The notes beneath the pieces are model-generated. The model saw only the letters and a program-made list of their open reading frames with translations, did not search any database and had not been told where the DNA came from. The translations under genes were made by a program, and so were the position numbers. Below, piece by piece: positions 15,010 through 32,248 of a stretch of DNA of 64,000 nucleotides (its first letter is position 1; the number at the start of each line of letters is the position of its first letter). The stretch is taken from assembly GCA_964016885.1 (NCBI GenBank), contig OZ024744.1:77004001-77068000 (forward strand). The letters run 5' to 3'. Source of the DNA: Eledone cirrhosa (Eukaryota).

Positions 15010-15345
15010 GTAGAAAATTCTAGAGGGATTTTTTCAGTATAACATCAAAACATTTATTTATAAAGTAGGGATTTCCGCCTTTAATCGTGTACCGGTTTCA
15101 GCATTATATGATTTTTCAACGATGGAAGGGTATAGCGCAGTTAAATTGCATATTTATTCGAATGATAAAATGGAGAAAAAATGTTTTAGTTTTTACATAC
15201 ATATTTAGAAAGGAAAGTTCATATTTTTGTCCGTAGTTTTTGTTAGTGTTGACCAACAGAGGTGGTAGCAGTTTCGACTGTTGAAGCCAAACAATTGTGT
15301 CTCTGGTCGAGACGAAGCGAGAGTGTATTTGAATACATATAGAAT

Positions 15346-15436
<91 letters not shown>

Positions 15437-15594
15437 TACATACATATATAAATATATATGCAAAAGTTATATTTAATTTGTTGGGATTCCACAAGCTTAA
15501 AAGTTTTGTAACTGATATAAAGCACTCAACAGATTACTGGAGTAAATATTCAATATATTAATAAATGGAAACTATATTTATAAAACCATAATTA

Positions 15595-15656
15595 TTTTAT
15601 TATATATATTTCAAGAGCAACCAAGGCAAATTTTGGTGCGCTTTCATCAGATAAAA
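15595..15656 (-). ncRNA. Hammerhead ribozyme type I in PLE pLTR
   Basis: TTTTAT-CTGATGA-AAGCGCACCAA..TTGGTTGCTCTT-GAAA-TATATA-TA-ATAAAA. Confidence 0.85.
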
Positions 15657-18272
15657 TACAAAATTTGTTTTATAAATGTTGACATATCCGCAGAAAAACA
15701 ACCTTGACGGTTGAATGTTCTCTGGATAGTGGAAACAAATTTTTATTTAGGGTAATTCAAAGTTATGTGTGAGTATGCAAATGAATGTCAGAAAGAGTTG
15801 AGAAAACAACGGTTTATTTAAATTATACTGTTGGAAGAAGAGAGAGAGAAAACAGAGAAAAGGAGAAAGAGAAAGAGAGAAGAAATAAGAAAAAAGAAAA
15901 AAGAAAAAAGAGAAAGAAAAAGAGAGAAGAAAGAAGAAAACGGGAGAAAGAAAGAGAGAAAAATTATAGTGAAAAAAAGTTAAGGAAGAACGAACGAAGA
16001 AATAAGCTTATCAAGGGATGAGTACGTAAATCATAAATATATCGTTCTTTTTTGCTATATTTATATTAAAAATAATGATAAATTAAAAATTTTGATAAAT
16101 TGAAAATAATGTTAAATTAAAAAATATATTATAATAATGTGTTTAAAATATATTAAAATATATTAATAAGAATATATGGGTATAGATCGGTATGTCATCT
16201 TATAGATGATAGTTTTACATTGGGAAAATATTGAGAATCCAGTTTTGTTTATTTATTAGTTATTATGGGATAAGTTTGACAAAAATATATTTAGCTAGAA
16301 TTTAGTTAGAATTTATTATCGGTTGTAAGTCAAATCTTAAATACTTAGAAAAATTACAAAGATTACGACAAATTACGAGAGTTTACAAAAGATTAAATAC
16401 TTAATTAAAAGTATATACTAAAACCATTTAAAAATTCAGACTATAAAAATTAAGATTATAAAAAACTATAAAGAAGTTTTAAGAGATTTTTTAGAAATCT
16501 CAAAAAGACTCCAAAGATACACAAAAATCTTTTAAAAAGCTTATAAACTATTCATAAATTATAATTAACATCTAAAATTATTCAAAATATAAAGAAGTAT
16601 TCAGAAATATTTGAAAATACTTAAACACTTAAAATATTTAAAATATTTAAAAGTGTTTAAGTATTGGAAAATATAAAATCCAAAAAATATTAAAATATTA
16701 GTTGATCAAAAAGAATAATTTTTTTATATAATTTTCTAAAATATTTTTTTTAAATGTTTTAAAGCATTTTAAAATTTTCAAAATATTTTAAAGAGATTTT
16801 TTAATGTTTCAAGTAATCATTCCGAAAGGATTATGAGATATTTTTATAAGTAAGATAGATAAAGGTAAAAATATATTTATGAGGTAGAAATATTAGAAAG
16901 TAAAGGTTTTAAGAAGTAAATTAGAGATTTAAGAAGTGTATTATATATATTTACGAAGTAAAAGATATTAAAATTAGAATTAGATTAAATTTCTGAACAT
17001 ATATGGATATAATTTAAGAAATGAGATTATATGTGTTTAGATAGAGTAAACATTATGTAGGAGAGATTAAACGTGTAATTACATTTTATATATATATTTA
17101 AAAGTTGAATCAAAACGATGTTTACAAGAACTAAATAAATTATTACGCAAATTAATGGAGTTCTTACATTTAAGTATAAAGAATATTTCTTCAACACATA
17201 AGTTGCAAAATTTGGATAAAGCTGTGTTTGTGTAGGCAGGTGCTTTTGAAACAATATTCCAAGATAAAGAATAGTTTATATTCTTGGATTTTAAGTTCCA
17301 TAATAAGTTGGATAGAGAAGTTGAAGATTTTTTACCAATATTCCTAAATGAACATTTATGGTTATTGAAACGAGATTTGAAGTCTGTAGAAGTAGAGCCA
17401 ACATAGTTAAAAGAATTATCATTAGTTTTGACATTGCATTTATAAACCACATTTTTTTTTATTTAATTACAATTATCAGAATTTAAATTATTGGGAACAG
17501 TATTATTATATTGGATATTGCTAGATGTATTAATGCTAATCTGGTTAAGGTTTAGATTTCTATTATTGATTCTATTTATATTCTGTGCTAAATTCATAGT
17601 AGTAGAGTATGATAGTTTAATTGTATGTCTGTTAAAGATTGAATAATATCTATGTGCCTTGGGAAAACAATTATCAAGAGCTTTAAAAAATAGTTTAGCT
17701 AAAGGTGTTTTAATACTTAGTGAGAATGGGGGAGCGTAACAAATTGTGTTTATAGTTCTATTTCTTCTTTTAGTTTTAGAGTTTGTGCTAGGATTCTTAT
17801 TATAATTAAAATTATAATTATGGTTAATTAACGTATCATTATTGTCGATGTATTTAATTTCATTATTATAGCCTGCTCTACTTAAAGCTTCGTTATAATA
17901 TTGTGCCTTATCTTCAAATATATTTTTATTCGCTGAGATTCTAGAAATACGTTGCTGTACGGAATTTACGATGGTGTTCTTAATAGATCTAGGGTGATTA
18001 GAGTTAAAGTTAACATAATTTAAATTCTCATTGATTTTATGAAATGGATAGTATAGCCCAGTATTAAGGTTTAATGTTACATCTAAAAAGTTAACTATTT
18101 TATAATTATTCTCTATTTCTAACTTAAGATTAAAGCTATTAAAAAAAGTATTATTGATTTTCTTTTTTTATTGATTTCACAATTATTATTATTTTCAATT
18201 AGCAACAGCATATCATCACGATATAAACCACCGGTCATCTCCGGTAGTTTTCTATGTAATGCATTGTTAATA

Positions 18273-18334
18273 TTTTATCTGATGAAAGCGCACCAAAATT
18301 TGCCTTGGTTGCCCTTGAAATATATATAATAAAA
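18273..18334 (+). ncRNA. Hammerhead ribozyme type I, inverted copy
   Basis: Reverse complement of 15595-15656 with one substitution. Confidence 0.85.
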
Positions 18335-19010
18335 TAATTATGGTTTTATAAATATAGTTTCCATTTATTAATATATTGTATATAAATATATATGTATGAA
18401 TATATAAGTTATAAAAGATGATATGCTCAGACGCAGTGATGCTATAAAAATAGCTTATAAAATAGAGTGTAGACCCTTAAAAGACTCAAAAAGATGTTGC
18501 TATCATCCTTTATACACACTAGTTTTCTGCTAGCATGTGTAGTGTGTATATTGATATTATACACAAATATATATGCATGTAGATATGATACATCGAATAA
18601 AATCGTAATTGACAATATACACAGAAATTGAACACAGTCTATGTTACACTGTCTTCAGTAATCAGTAAAGTAATCCATGATACATTTAAAAAAATACGAC
18701 ATTATATATAAACTGCATTAGGAGAAAATAAGCGACGGAAATATATGCGATATTTTTATTAGTGTTATAATATAACGGCCGCTAAACGGAAGTATTGACA
18801 TTTGAAAATTTTAAAGTGAATCTTTAAATAAGATATAAAATATATTTAATCAACAGCCACGAAATTTAGCACATAAATTATGTAATTTTCATTCATTATT
18901 TATTCAAAGTAATCCAACTTATTTTACAAACGGGGTAAAACATATATATTCTGGACGCAGTCCCGCATTCCTTTTTTATTATAGTTAAGATATATATATA
19001 TATATGTGTG

Positions 19011-19041
<31 letters not shown>

Positions 19042-19069
19042 CTGTGTGTCTGTGTGAGTGTATGTGTGT

Positions 19070-19113
<44 letters not shown>

Positions 19114-19173
19114 AAAAGGCAAACAGAAATAACAAAACAAACAATACAGTACAATGAAGAATATATATATATA

Positions 19174-19207
<34 letters not shown>

Positions 19208-19241
19208 TATATATATATTCTTCATTGTACTGTATTGTTTG

Positions 19242-19295
<54 letters not shown>

Positions 19296-19411
19296 CACCT
19301 TGATTGATCCCCTTGACCGACCAGACTGTCGGGCGCCATTCGGCGCCGCTGATCACAGCACGTGCTGTTTTAGCCATACGATGACGCTATCCCACTGGTT
19401 GGGCGGGCAGG

Positions 19412-19458
<47 letters not shown>

Positions 19459-19473
19459 GTTTTAATATAGAAG

Positions 19474-19524
19474 AGCTTCTACAGGACTAGAACTGTTTCA
19501 TTCGTGAGAAATCATCAGGAAGCT
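19474..19524 (-). ncRNA. Hammerhead ribozyme type I, inverted copy of 22676-22726
   Basis: AGCTTC-CTGATGA-TTTC.TCAC.GAAT-GAAA-CAG..CTG-TA-GAAGCT; arms at 19459-19569 and 22630-22742. Confidence 0.85.
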
Positions 19525-19569
19525 GGCTGACCAAGTAAGTGGTGGTTTTTATATCTTTTCTTTTCTGGT

Positions 19570-19588
19570 GTATGTATGTATATATATA

Positions 19589-19656
<68 letters not shown>

Positions 19657-19689
19657 TATATATATATATGTTTATATATATATATATAT

Positions 19690-19735
<46 letters not shown>

Positions 19736-19953
19736 ATGATAATAAATTTGAAGACTAAAATCCAAAGAGGGCTCGATAAGGATAAATATATATCAAATAT
19801 ATAAGAACCGTAGAGCAAATATTTATATATATATATGTATGTATATATGTATATGTGTATTTATTTATATATTTATATATGTATATATATGTGTGTGTGT
19901 GTGTGTATGTATATATATATATACATATATATGTGTGTATATATGTATATATG

Positions 19954-19984
<31 letters not shown>

Positions 19985-20020
19985 GTGTGTGTGTATGTGT
20001 GTACATGTATTGTATGTATG

Positions 20021-20051
<31 letters not shown>

Positions 20052-20054
20052 ATG

Positions 20055-20103
<49 letters not shown>

Positions 20104-20129
20104 ATATATATGTATTGTATGTATATGTG

Positions 20130-20178
<49 letters not shown>

Positions 20179-20407
20179 GTGTGTGTGTACGTGTGTGTGT
20201 GTACGTGTGTACGTGTGTATATATGTATGTATATATGTATGTATATGTGTACGTGTGAATGTGTGTGTGCGTGTGTATGCATGAGTGTGTGTATATATAT
20301 GTATATATATATATATGTGTGTGTGTATGTGTATATATATATATGTGTGTATGTATGTATATGTGTATGTGTATGTGTGTATGTATGTATGTATTTCATT
20401 TCTCACT

Positions 20408-20500
<93 letters not shown>
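19570..20500. repeat. Compound microsatellite with a short repeat at 19732-19822 (also at 11968-12062)
   Basis: Direct reading. Confidence 0.9.
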
Positions 20501-20504
<4 letters not shown>

Positions 20505-21705
20505 AATAAATCTGTACTCCAATGTTACTAGGTAGTCGCATTGGATGGAGTCAACCGACGTCGGAGATTGCTCAACGTATAATAAAATATGCTTTAAAAT
20601 CCGGAGAAAATATGAAGAAGTTTATTGAACGGAAATGCGGGTATAAAGAATTTATTAGGTAACAATTGTTTCTATAGTGTATGGGTTACCTATACCTCAC
20701 TATTTGTATAATATAAAAATATTATCATAAATCGTAGGTACACTGTAAGAGAACACACCATGTCGTCAGACCTTTATGGTAGAATGATAGGAAAGTATTT
20801 TATACACTAGATATGTGAGAAAGTAGGAGGTAGGAAGGGAAGAGGAAGAGGGAAGCGAGTAAGGGGGAGGGAGTCTTAGGATTCAAGACTGTCAGAGTAG
20901 TAGAGATTGTATAGAAGAAAATGTTTTGGCAACAGTTAGCTAAATGAGGCGTGTTAGGGTTGGCGGGGGAAGTAGATTCTTCTAGTGGTGTTGTTTGGAC
21001 AGAATTTAGTTAAAGGGGTCAATGTAGTACAGAATTACAGACAAGTTATTGGGGCTATTATAGTAGCAGGATATTTCTGAAGGGGTCTAAAAAACAGTGT
21101 TTAGTGCTATTATTATAAAAAGCCATATCGTGTGTATAAACATATAAAATTATGAAATAAAAATTAAAGTAAAAATTTGCAAATGGTGGTGTAAAAAGAT
21201 AACATTACATGCATTTAAAAAAAGAAAAAGTCGTTTTTAAACGATGGTTACAGTAAAATGAACGTTCAATTTTTGCTGTTCAAAAGTTTGTTTTCCGACG
21301 TTAAAATGCAGTATATCTCCATATTGCATAATTTACAAAATCGGTGATGTTGCTTATATGCTGGCGCATATTGTTACGGGTTGTTACGGAGCGCATTTTC
21401 TCATGCTTGATCGAAGATCGATGTTGGTATAGGTGAGCTTTGAAAGATGTTGCGGTACATCCGACGTAATACCATTTGTTGGTTCCGGAATTTATTGTAC
21501 ATCGGTAGACAATATTGCGTGCTAGGCATTGGTTATTCAATGGGCACGAACCTGGTTTAGTGCAGTTACAGTTATTTTTATGTTTTGCAGTAGTATCCTG
21601 GATAGTTTGGTGGGGTTGTAGCTGCGTGTTAGTGCGTTGTATGTCGCTATGCTGGTGCGCTGTGTCGTTAGGGATGTACTTATTTAGTATCGTTGAGTTG
21701 AGTTA
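20505..21705 (-). mobile_element. Decayed Penelope-like 3' fragment (GIY-YIG, UTR and HHR)
   Basis: NNQCLARNIVYRCTINSG..YYVGCTATSFKAHL (21301-21540). Confidence 0.8.
20657..20773 (-). ncRNA. HHR with 90-nt stem II
   Basis: AGGT-CTGACGA-CATGGTGT...ACACTATA-GAAA-CAATTG-TT-ACCT. Confidence 0.7.
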
Positions 21706-21764
21706 ATATGCATAAGGAAAGTATATACTTTCAAACGTTCAATCGACTGACAGGAAGGTATACA

Positions 21765-21801
21765 GTGTTGATGATAGCTAATAAGCTAGAAACTAGTTCA
21801 T
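21765..21801 (+). ncRNA. Minimal HHR with core C>T
   Basis: GTG-TTGATGA-TAGCT.aata.AGCTA-GAAA-CTAG-TT-CAT; flanked by complementary CTGACA/TGTCAG. Confidence 0.55.
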
Positions 21802-22052
21802 CGTTCCTTTGTCAGTGTTGAACTAAAGGGCAACGTGGTTGCCGAACACTACGGCTAAAAATTCGGGCTGTTTGTTTACAAACAAACCGAGCATTATCAT
21901 AAATGTTTGGTAAACCCATACGTACATATATATATATATATATGTGCATGTATGTATATACATACTACTGTACGTCTGTATACATATATGTATGTACGTA
22001 TACATACGTATATTTAAGTATCAGCCGTACTAAGAGTGAAAAATGAAATTTC

Positions 22053-22101
<49 letters not shown>

Positions 22102-22675
22102 CATATATATATGTGCGTGTGTGTATGCATATGTATGTGTATTTATGTGTGTATGTATGTATGTACATATATATATATATGTTTGTTGTGTGTGTGTGCC
22201 TGCCTGTGTGTGAGTGCGTGTATGTGTGTGTACGTGTGTAAGTGGGCGCGTGTGTGAATGTGCTTGACGACACCTGGAATATATATTAAGAGAAACTTCA
22301 CAATAAGGGGAAGCACCCCAGCACGTGAATCTGTTTATAGAACCCTTTCTGCCTTTGTCACCCTTATTTCAGCCTTAAAGAATTAGCTTCTAAAGAATTT
22401 CCCTTTACTTTAAACCAATGAACCCCACCCATCCTGTAGACACCTGTCTTACAGGCATTAGTCTCAGTGATAAATAAGGATTGGTATTCCAAATTTGAAT
22501 TTGTTTACAGTATTCTTCCTGCCTTTGTTAATAGTATAGCTTTAAAGAATTAGCTTTTAATGAACTCCCTTTTCTTTAAATCCATCAACCAATGACCTAC
22601 ACCCATCCCAATCCCCACCCTCTCCTACCACCAGAAAAGAAAAGATATAAAAAACCACCACTTATTTGGACAGCC

Positions 22676-22726
22676 AGCTTCCTGATGATTTCTCACGAAT
22701 GAAACAGTTCTAGTCCTGTAGAAGCT
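22676..22726 (+). ncRNA. Hammerhead ribozyme type I
   Basis: 6-bp stem I, intact core, GTA cleavage triplet; followed by an ~80-nt tail and (TA)n. Confidence 0.85.
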
Positions 22727-22805
22727 CTTCTATATTAAAACATTTATACTCTGCTATGTATTGAGTACCTTACTGTGGTTACCTCCGATTAAACCCGGAA
22801 TAACT

Positions 22806-22971
<166 letters not shown>

Positions 22972-22982
22972 TTATTCCGGGT

Positions 22983-23026
<44 letters not shown>

Positions 23027-23185
23027 AGGAGGTTATAGTTCACTTGAAGCATTGTGTAATGAGGTATAGACGTTTGAATATGTATAATAAAGCCAAAACG
23101 ATGCAGGTATGGACATAGAATAAAGAATGCAAATGCAAAAGATAATGTTGACAATTAGTCTTTTACCTTAGATTTATTTAAATGT

Positions 23186-23220
23186 CCTTAATTTTCGAGA
23201 TAATATCTCTTCTTCAGAGG
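23186..23220 (-). ncRNA. Minimal HHR in a 200-bp TA-flanked insert
   Basis: CCT-CTGAAGA-A-GAGAT.tat.ATCTC-GAAA-AT-TA-AGG. Confidence 0.65.
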
Positions 23221-23230
23221 GAAATAAATG

Positions 23231-23283
<53 letters not shown>

Positions 23284-23319
23284 CTGACTCTCTGCTTTTG
23301 TTCCCGTTCAAATTTTCAC

Positions 23320-25780
<2,461 letters not shown>

Positions 25781-25794
25781 AAATACATATATAG

Positions 25795-26234
25795 TTGAAC
25801 AGAGAACAAAAAACAGAGAGACAGTACAAATGATATGGTTTTGGGGTAAGAAACGGAGAATCTGTGATGCGACGAATAAGATTTATTAGACATATTGCAA
25901 TCGTTTCTCTGGCGACCAGCTCGAGGCATGATCCATGCAATGATCAAACCTGACTCTGAAATCGCAAGATCCTCAGATATGTCTTCCAAACCATTTTGGA
26001 AACTCTACTTCGTAGAATCGAGACATATCTGAGGATCTTGCGATTTCAGAGTCAGGTTTGATCATTGCATCGATCGTGCCTCGAGCTGGTCGCCGGAGAA
26101 ACGATTGTAATATGTCTGATATATCTTATTCGTCGCACCACTGATTCTCCGTTTCTTATGTGATATTATACTCTGCTCTGTAAGAGCAGCGAGTGGTCCA
26201 ACGGCATACTGCTTACGGACGCTTTAAGCATCCC

Positions 26235-26238
<4 letters not shown>
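25795..26238. mobile_element. Fold-back HHR element in (TA)n
   Basis: Arms at ~25847-25984 and ~26021-26158; tail runs to 26238. Confidence 0.8.
26021..26117 (+). ncRNA. HHR with 62-nt stem II; inverted copy at 25888-25984 has a GCA triplet
   Basis: AGACATAT-CTGAGGA-TCTTGCGATT...GGTCGCCGGA-GAAA-CGATTG-TA-ATATGTCT (8-bp stem I). Confidence 0.8.
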
Positions 26239-26310
<72 letters not shown>

Positions 26311-26331
26311 TGTATATTTATGTATATATAT

Positions 26332-26370
<39 letters not shown>

Positions 26371-26415
26371 GAGAGTATAACAAAGAATCCTTTAATACAT
26401 CAAAAGTTTTTATTA

Positions 26416-26453
26416 GCCGACAATGTTTCGTCCTATTAATGACTCATCAGGGC
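26416..26453 (-). ncRNA. Canonical minimal HHR
   Basis: GCC-CTGATGA-GTC.attaatag.GAC-GAAA-CATTG-TC-GGC. Confidence 0.9.
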
Positions 26454-26797
26454 AATCAAAACAACAAGAAGTAATATCGGCAGATACAAGCCGGAATCTC
26501 TGAAGAATATGGAGTGTACATACACTAAAGTCTTGCAAAAATATATGATAATAAAAATTAAAATAAAAATAATAAAAATATATAATAAGAATAACTAAGG
26601 ATGTATATAACATTAAGAACCATATTACAAATATAGTCCAAAGCAACTAACCTAAATCTAAACAAATTTGGTTATATCGAGCAGGAATTATATATAACAC
26701 AATGTAATATAACATAATACATTATAAAAATATACCTTTACCAACATTAAAATTACAATTAAAAATCAAAAGGTACAATATATATATGTATATATGT

Positions 26798-26838
<41 letters not shown>

Positions 26839-27443
26839 ACAATACGCACGTCTATGTTCAACTACACAAATTAAGCCTTATTAGAAGTTAGAATATAAAA
26901 ATAAGCATGATAAGAGTGAAAATAATACCAATACATCTACCCAATATACATGAGGCAATAATATGATATAATTACATGAGACACATATAATAAATAATAA
27001 ACAATAAAATTATATAATTCAATATAATATAATAGATAATCCCCGGTTAATTTACAGAAACAATATAGATGTCACAATAAAATACAATGATAATATGTTA
27101 ACAGTGTACTAACATTTACAATAAACAATATATACAAATCGATTCATACTGGGTTACAGAGTAAATGAGGAAAAATAAATTATATAATACTCAAAAAAAC
27201 ACTATAATGTTACAGGAAAAATTATGATGTTACAGAAAAAAATATACAGACATCTTACATGATATGTAAAGTCTAAATATCATAATGTTACATATAATGA
27301 ACAGTAAGTAATAAGGATCAATATTACAATACTACAAAAATACAGACATCTTACATGATATATAAAGTTTAAATATCATAATGTTACATATAATGAACAG
27401 TAAGTAATAAGGATCAATATTACAATACAATATAATATAATAT

Positions 27444-27848
27444 AGACAAACATAGAATATTCGAAAATATTCTGTATGTTTATAATAAACATTTTGAAGA
27501 CCCAATCGCTATAGAATAGAATACGTCACGTATTACAATTTGAGATTCTCGATAAAAGTAAGAGAAGTAACCTACGCGTTTCATTCTTGTTAGAAATCAT
27601 CAGGATTACATATCCAATACTTTTATCGAGAACGACACAGCTAGAGACTTATAGAATACTTAGCTGTGTACAGGAATGTAATCCTGATGATTTCTAACAA
27701 GAATGAAACGCGTAGGTTACTTCCCTTACTTTTATCGAGAATCTCAAATTGTAATACGTGACGTATTCTATTCTATAGCGATTGGGTCTTCAAAATGTTT
27801 ATTATAAACATACAGAATATTTTCGAATATTCTATGTTTGTCTTCACA
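27444..27848. mobile_element. Nested fold-back element with two HHRs: 27567-27609(-) and 27678-27720(+)
   Basis: ~167-bp inverted arms; GTAATC-CTGATGA-TTTCT.aaca.AGAAT-GAAA-CGCG-TA-GGTTAC. Confidence 0.88.
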
Positions 27849-28853
27849 TATATATCGCTATTTCAGAGCATTAAATCCAAATTATAATATAATATATTAT
27901 AAATTGACATAAAATAATATATAAATACTTATAATTACAAGGTTAGTAGACAGACATATGTGGATGTGTAAGTAAAGCCAGATAGTGAATAGTAAATAGA
28001 ATATAGAATAAAATAAATAAATATAATCAACCGGAAATTACAAAACAAAAGCAAATATATACACACTTAGGCCTCACATGCGGTTAAGAAGTTAGGTAAA
28101 CACTAAGGAAAACAATCACTTTAATTGACTCAAAACCCCATTTGATAAATTAATATTAAATATATCAAAACTATCCAATAAGGTAGTATAATATTAGCTG
28201 TAGTTTAAGTCATTAAAGTTTATAAACTTTAATGTTTCGTTACAAATGTTTACAAAAAGGAATGAAATTTTTTACTATCATATACGTAACGATATCTAAA
28301 AAACTGACTTAAGTAGAATTAAGGTAGGCTAATTGGGACAGAATTGATGAAATATATGGAGGGTGCGAAGGGGCATAAAATATAGTCGATATACTATAAT
28401 AAATAATAGAACGGAGCGTAAAAGAGGGGGGGTAAATATAATCATAGTCAATCTGGAGGGGTTGACAATAAGTTTATGTGCACATGGGGGGAGGGGGAGG
28501 GGGATGGGCGGAGGGGGGTTATCCAGAGATGAATCTGAATAAAATTAAAAATTAAAAATAAAAAAAAAAATAAAAAAATAAAAATAAAAATAGAATTAAA
28601 AATAAAAATTAAATTAAATTAATAATAAAAATAAAAATAAAGATAATAATAGAATAACGTAAGTGGCGTAAAGTGTGTAATCTTATATATATTAACAAGG
28701 TGTAATAGTGAAAACATAGATATGGTACAGTAGCCAAATGATTATGAGAGCTAGAATGAAGAGTCATCAAAAACCAATGGTAATAATGATGATAACAATA
28801 ATGTTGGCAAACAAAAGAACCTAAACTAAAAACTAAGTAATGGAATATATCTG

Positions 28854-30689
28854 CTAATGGGTACAATTTGTACTACTAGAACGTTTGGGTTTATAATAAA
28901 AATAAGAATTAGAAATGGCGTGGGGGCAAGAAGAGAATATCTCAGACTTTCTATTAAGTAAGGATACGCTAGAGAAAATAATAGAGTGTGTCTCAAGTGT
29001 ACAAAACTTACTATGTGTAGAAAGGTGGTTAGAGCGTGCTACTAAACGCCAGTTAAGGCTATATGGTATATAAGCTCCCTTAAGATCCCAGATATAATGC
29101 GCTAAAGAAGTAGAATTCTTAAACCTAACATGTTTGAAGTTAGAGATATGAGAGTTAAACCTAGTCTTAAAAGTGTTTGAAGTAGATCCTATATAAGTTC
29201 TATTAGAGGAATTAGTTATAACTTCGCAAGCGTAGACAATGTTCTTAGAAAGGCAGTTACCGTTTAGAGGGCAGTTAGCACTCACTCTACAATTGCACTT
29301 CCGGGTGTTATTGGTTGGCTCAAGTAGTGATGTATTACACGTAGGACCTCTATCAGATAAGGACTGTTCTGGTGGTAAAGCATTGTCAGATCCATTCAGA
29401 CTAGTAGTATGTAGAGAGGAGAATCCATCCCTAATTTTCCTATTATTAGTGCTAGCTAAATGAGAACTAATATTAGGGGTGGTAGAGAATGAGAGTTTAC
29501 TAACATTTTTATTAAAAATACCATGGTATTTATGAGAAGGGGGGAAATTTTTCTCTAAGATAGTGAAGAAAGACCTAGGGATATTAGTTGATACATCCCG
29601 ATTGTATGGCGGGTTGAAATAGGTATTTAATCGCCTTCTATTTTTATTTTTATTCTTACCGACCCTACCTTTATCAAATGTCCCACCGTCGAGACTAGGG
29701 TTACTATCGGGATTAGTTGAAGCCACATTCATAGAATCAGCCATAATTTCGTTATGTCTATTATAGTCTCTACCTCCAGTAGATCTGCTGCTGTCCGGAA
29801 TCCCTTCAAGAGGATTAGGGCCAATGATAGGATCAGTAGGAGCAACATTATTAGAATAAGATCCAGCAAAACCTACACCGATGCGTGAGCGCACAGGGGG
29901 TTCAACTTGTCTCCTAGAGGTATTATATTTGCTATTACGAGTCCGGTGGGTTAACTTATGGGTGGGTTCAGATACACCTATATAATTTCTACGGTTACTA
30001 TATTTGCTACTCCCATTCATGGCCATGTTATGTGATATAATGTTATTATTATTAAGAGTAAGCGGAGACTTTCTAAGGTTACTATTATTATAATTTATTT
30101 TACTAGAGTGACCTGAATTTGCTAGGGCATTATTGTAGTACTCCGCATGTTCATTAAATGTTCCTATGTCCTTAGAGAGTGTGGAAATCCTATTAGATAC
30201 GCCCTTAATTATAGAGTTTATCATAGACTTAGGGTGGTTAGAGTTGGGGCTAACATAAGAAAGAATTTCATTAGGCTTATGGAAGGGTTTAAAACTATTA
30301 GTGACCAAGTCCAAAGTCACATCTAAAAAGTTAACCGCTCTATCATTTCTATCTATCGTGATCGAAAGGTTGTAGCTTTTAAAAAACTTATAAAGCTTCT
30401 TCTTATTATGTTCTACATTGTTGGTGCTAGTGTTAATTACAAACAATGCATCATCACGATATAGTCCGCCTATAAGGTGCGGGAAGGTAGCGTATAGTTC
30501 ATTAAGGAGGAACAACCCAACAAGATCAGTAACCTGGGCCGAATCACTCGAACCCATTGTAATGTCGAAATTATTGGGCGTGTTTTTACGGGTCCAAAAT
30601 GTGTCCTCAAATTTAATAATAGTTTTACGGGCTGCTAGTATAATATCTACCCGCGATCGTGTAAGGCTGGACACTCTCATGGCCAACAT
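28854..30689 (-). CDS. PLE reverse transcriptase (C-terminal half) plus GIY-YIG endonuclease; 5'-truncated but uninterrupted
   Basis: [31 protein letters not shown]...SNHP, FNPPYN, CNCRxxxxCPL, NIVY..TYIGST..FKTR; upstream YI run in the track is (TA)n. Confidence 0.92.
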   Translation of the reverse strand: MLAMRVSSLTRSRVDIILAARKTIIKFEDTFWTRKNTPNNFDITMGSSDSAQVTDLVGLFLLNELYATFPHLIGGLYRDDALFVINTSTNNVEHNKKKLYKFFKSYNLSITIDRNDRAVNFLDVTLDLVTNSFKPFHKPNEILSYVSPNSNHPKSMINSIIKGVSNRISTLSKDIGTFNEHAEYYNNALANSGHSSKINYNNSNLRKSPLTLNNNNIISHNMAMNGSSKYSNRRNYIGVSEPTHKLTHRTRNSKYNTSRRQVEPPVRSRIGVGFAGSYSNNVAPTDPIIGPNPLEGIPDSSRSTGGRDYNRHNEIMADSMNVASTNPDSNPSLDGGTFDKGRVGKNKNKNRRRLNTYFNPPYNRDVSTNIPRSFFTILEKNFPPSHKYHGIFNKNVSKLSFSTTPNISSHLASTNNRKIRDGFSSLHTTSLNGSDNALPPEQSLSDRGPTCNTSLLEPTNNTRKCNCRVSANCPLNGNCLSKNIVYACEVITNSSNRTYIGSTSNTFKTRFNSHISNFKHVRFKNSTSLAHYIWDLKGAYIPYSLNWRLVARSNHLSTHSKFCTLETHSIIFSSVSLLNRKSEIFSSCPHAISNSYFYYKPKRSSSTNCTH

Positions 30690-30711
30690 ATATATATATA
30701 TATATATACTC

Positions 30712-31370
<659 letters not shown>

Positions 31371-31652
31371 GCAAAATACCTTTATGTATAAAAATTTTAA
31401 TTACGTTAAGAGTTCATAAAAAAAGTGATTATGACGTAATAATCTTCAGATACAGATAAAACTGCAAACTACAATTTTGCGAACTTCAATGTTGCTTTCC
31501 TCAGAATTGGTGCTTCAAATCGATCTAAGGTTGATATTTTTATAACATATTTGATTTATTTACTTTAAACACAAACCATATTATATAATATATCTTCAGT
31601 ATTTTAATCAAGCTATTGATATCTTCATCAAGCTTCTGGTTCTTTCTCTTTT

Positions 31653-31701
<49 letters not shown>

Positions 31702-31905
31702 TCTCCCTCCGAAAATCTGAGCTTGGTTGATTGATTGATTCATTGATTAATTACTTATTCATCCATTTATTACCTTTGTACTGATTAATATATTTCTAAT
31801 ATATTTCATTAGTTAGCTGATAAATTTTTCCTTATACCCACCTCCCAATTCTTTCTATTGTGTAACTGTGTGTTTGACTGATTATATCGTTATTTATTTT
31901 TTTAT

Positions 31906-32127
31906 GGCTATAGATTGGCAGAATCGGTAGAGCGTCGGACAACATGCTTAGTGGCATAGAGTTACGGCCCTTTGGGTTCTGAGTTCAAATCCCGCTCAGT
32001 TTAGCTTTGTCTTTCATCCTCACGGGATCGATAAAATAAAGTACAAGTAACACGCACTGGGATCGATTTAATCGACTTTCTCCTCCCCCAAAATTGCTGG
32101 CCTTGTGTTTAAATCAGAAACCATTAT
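31906..32127 (+). mobile_element. tRNA-derived SINE family 1
   Basis: Colinear with 9113-9335. Confidence 0.85.
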
Positions 32128-32248
32128 TTATTTATTTTAAATAATTTGTAATTTGTTTTAATTAAATTAACGTAATTTAATTAATTGATAATATTATCAG
32201 TCTATTATTTCCTTTATCGTTTCTGTTAGCTTTTAGTTCAGAAAAAAA

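Larger units (their letters stand above)
15459..18378 (-). mobile_element. 5'-truncated Penelope-like element with inverted pLTR segment
   Basis: GGLYRDDML (~18240-18200), NFLDVTLNL, GIY-YIG VYKC..YVGSTSTDFKSR..CNLCVEE..SCKH (17079-17450); 18271-18378 is the inverse of 15551-15658. Confidence 0.9.
26368..30689 (-). mobile_element. 5'-truncated Penelope-like element inserted in (TA)n
   Basis: RT-GIY-YIG ORF, long AT-rich 3' UTR and terminal HHR; linking ORF and HHR into one element is inferred from orientation. Confidence 0.8.
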
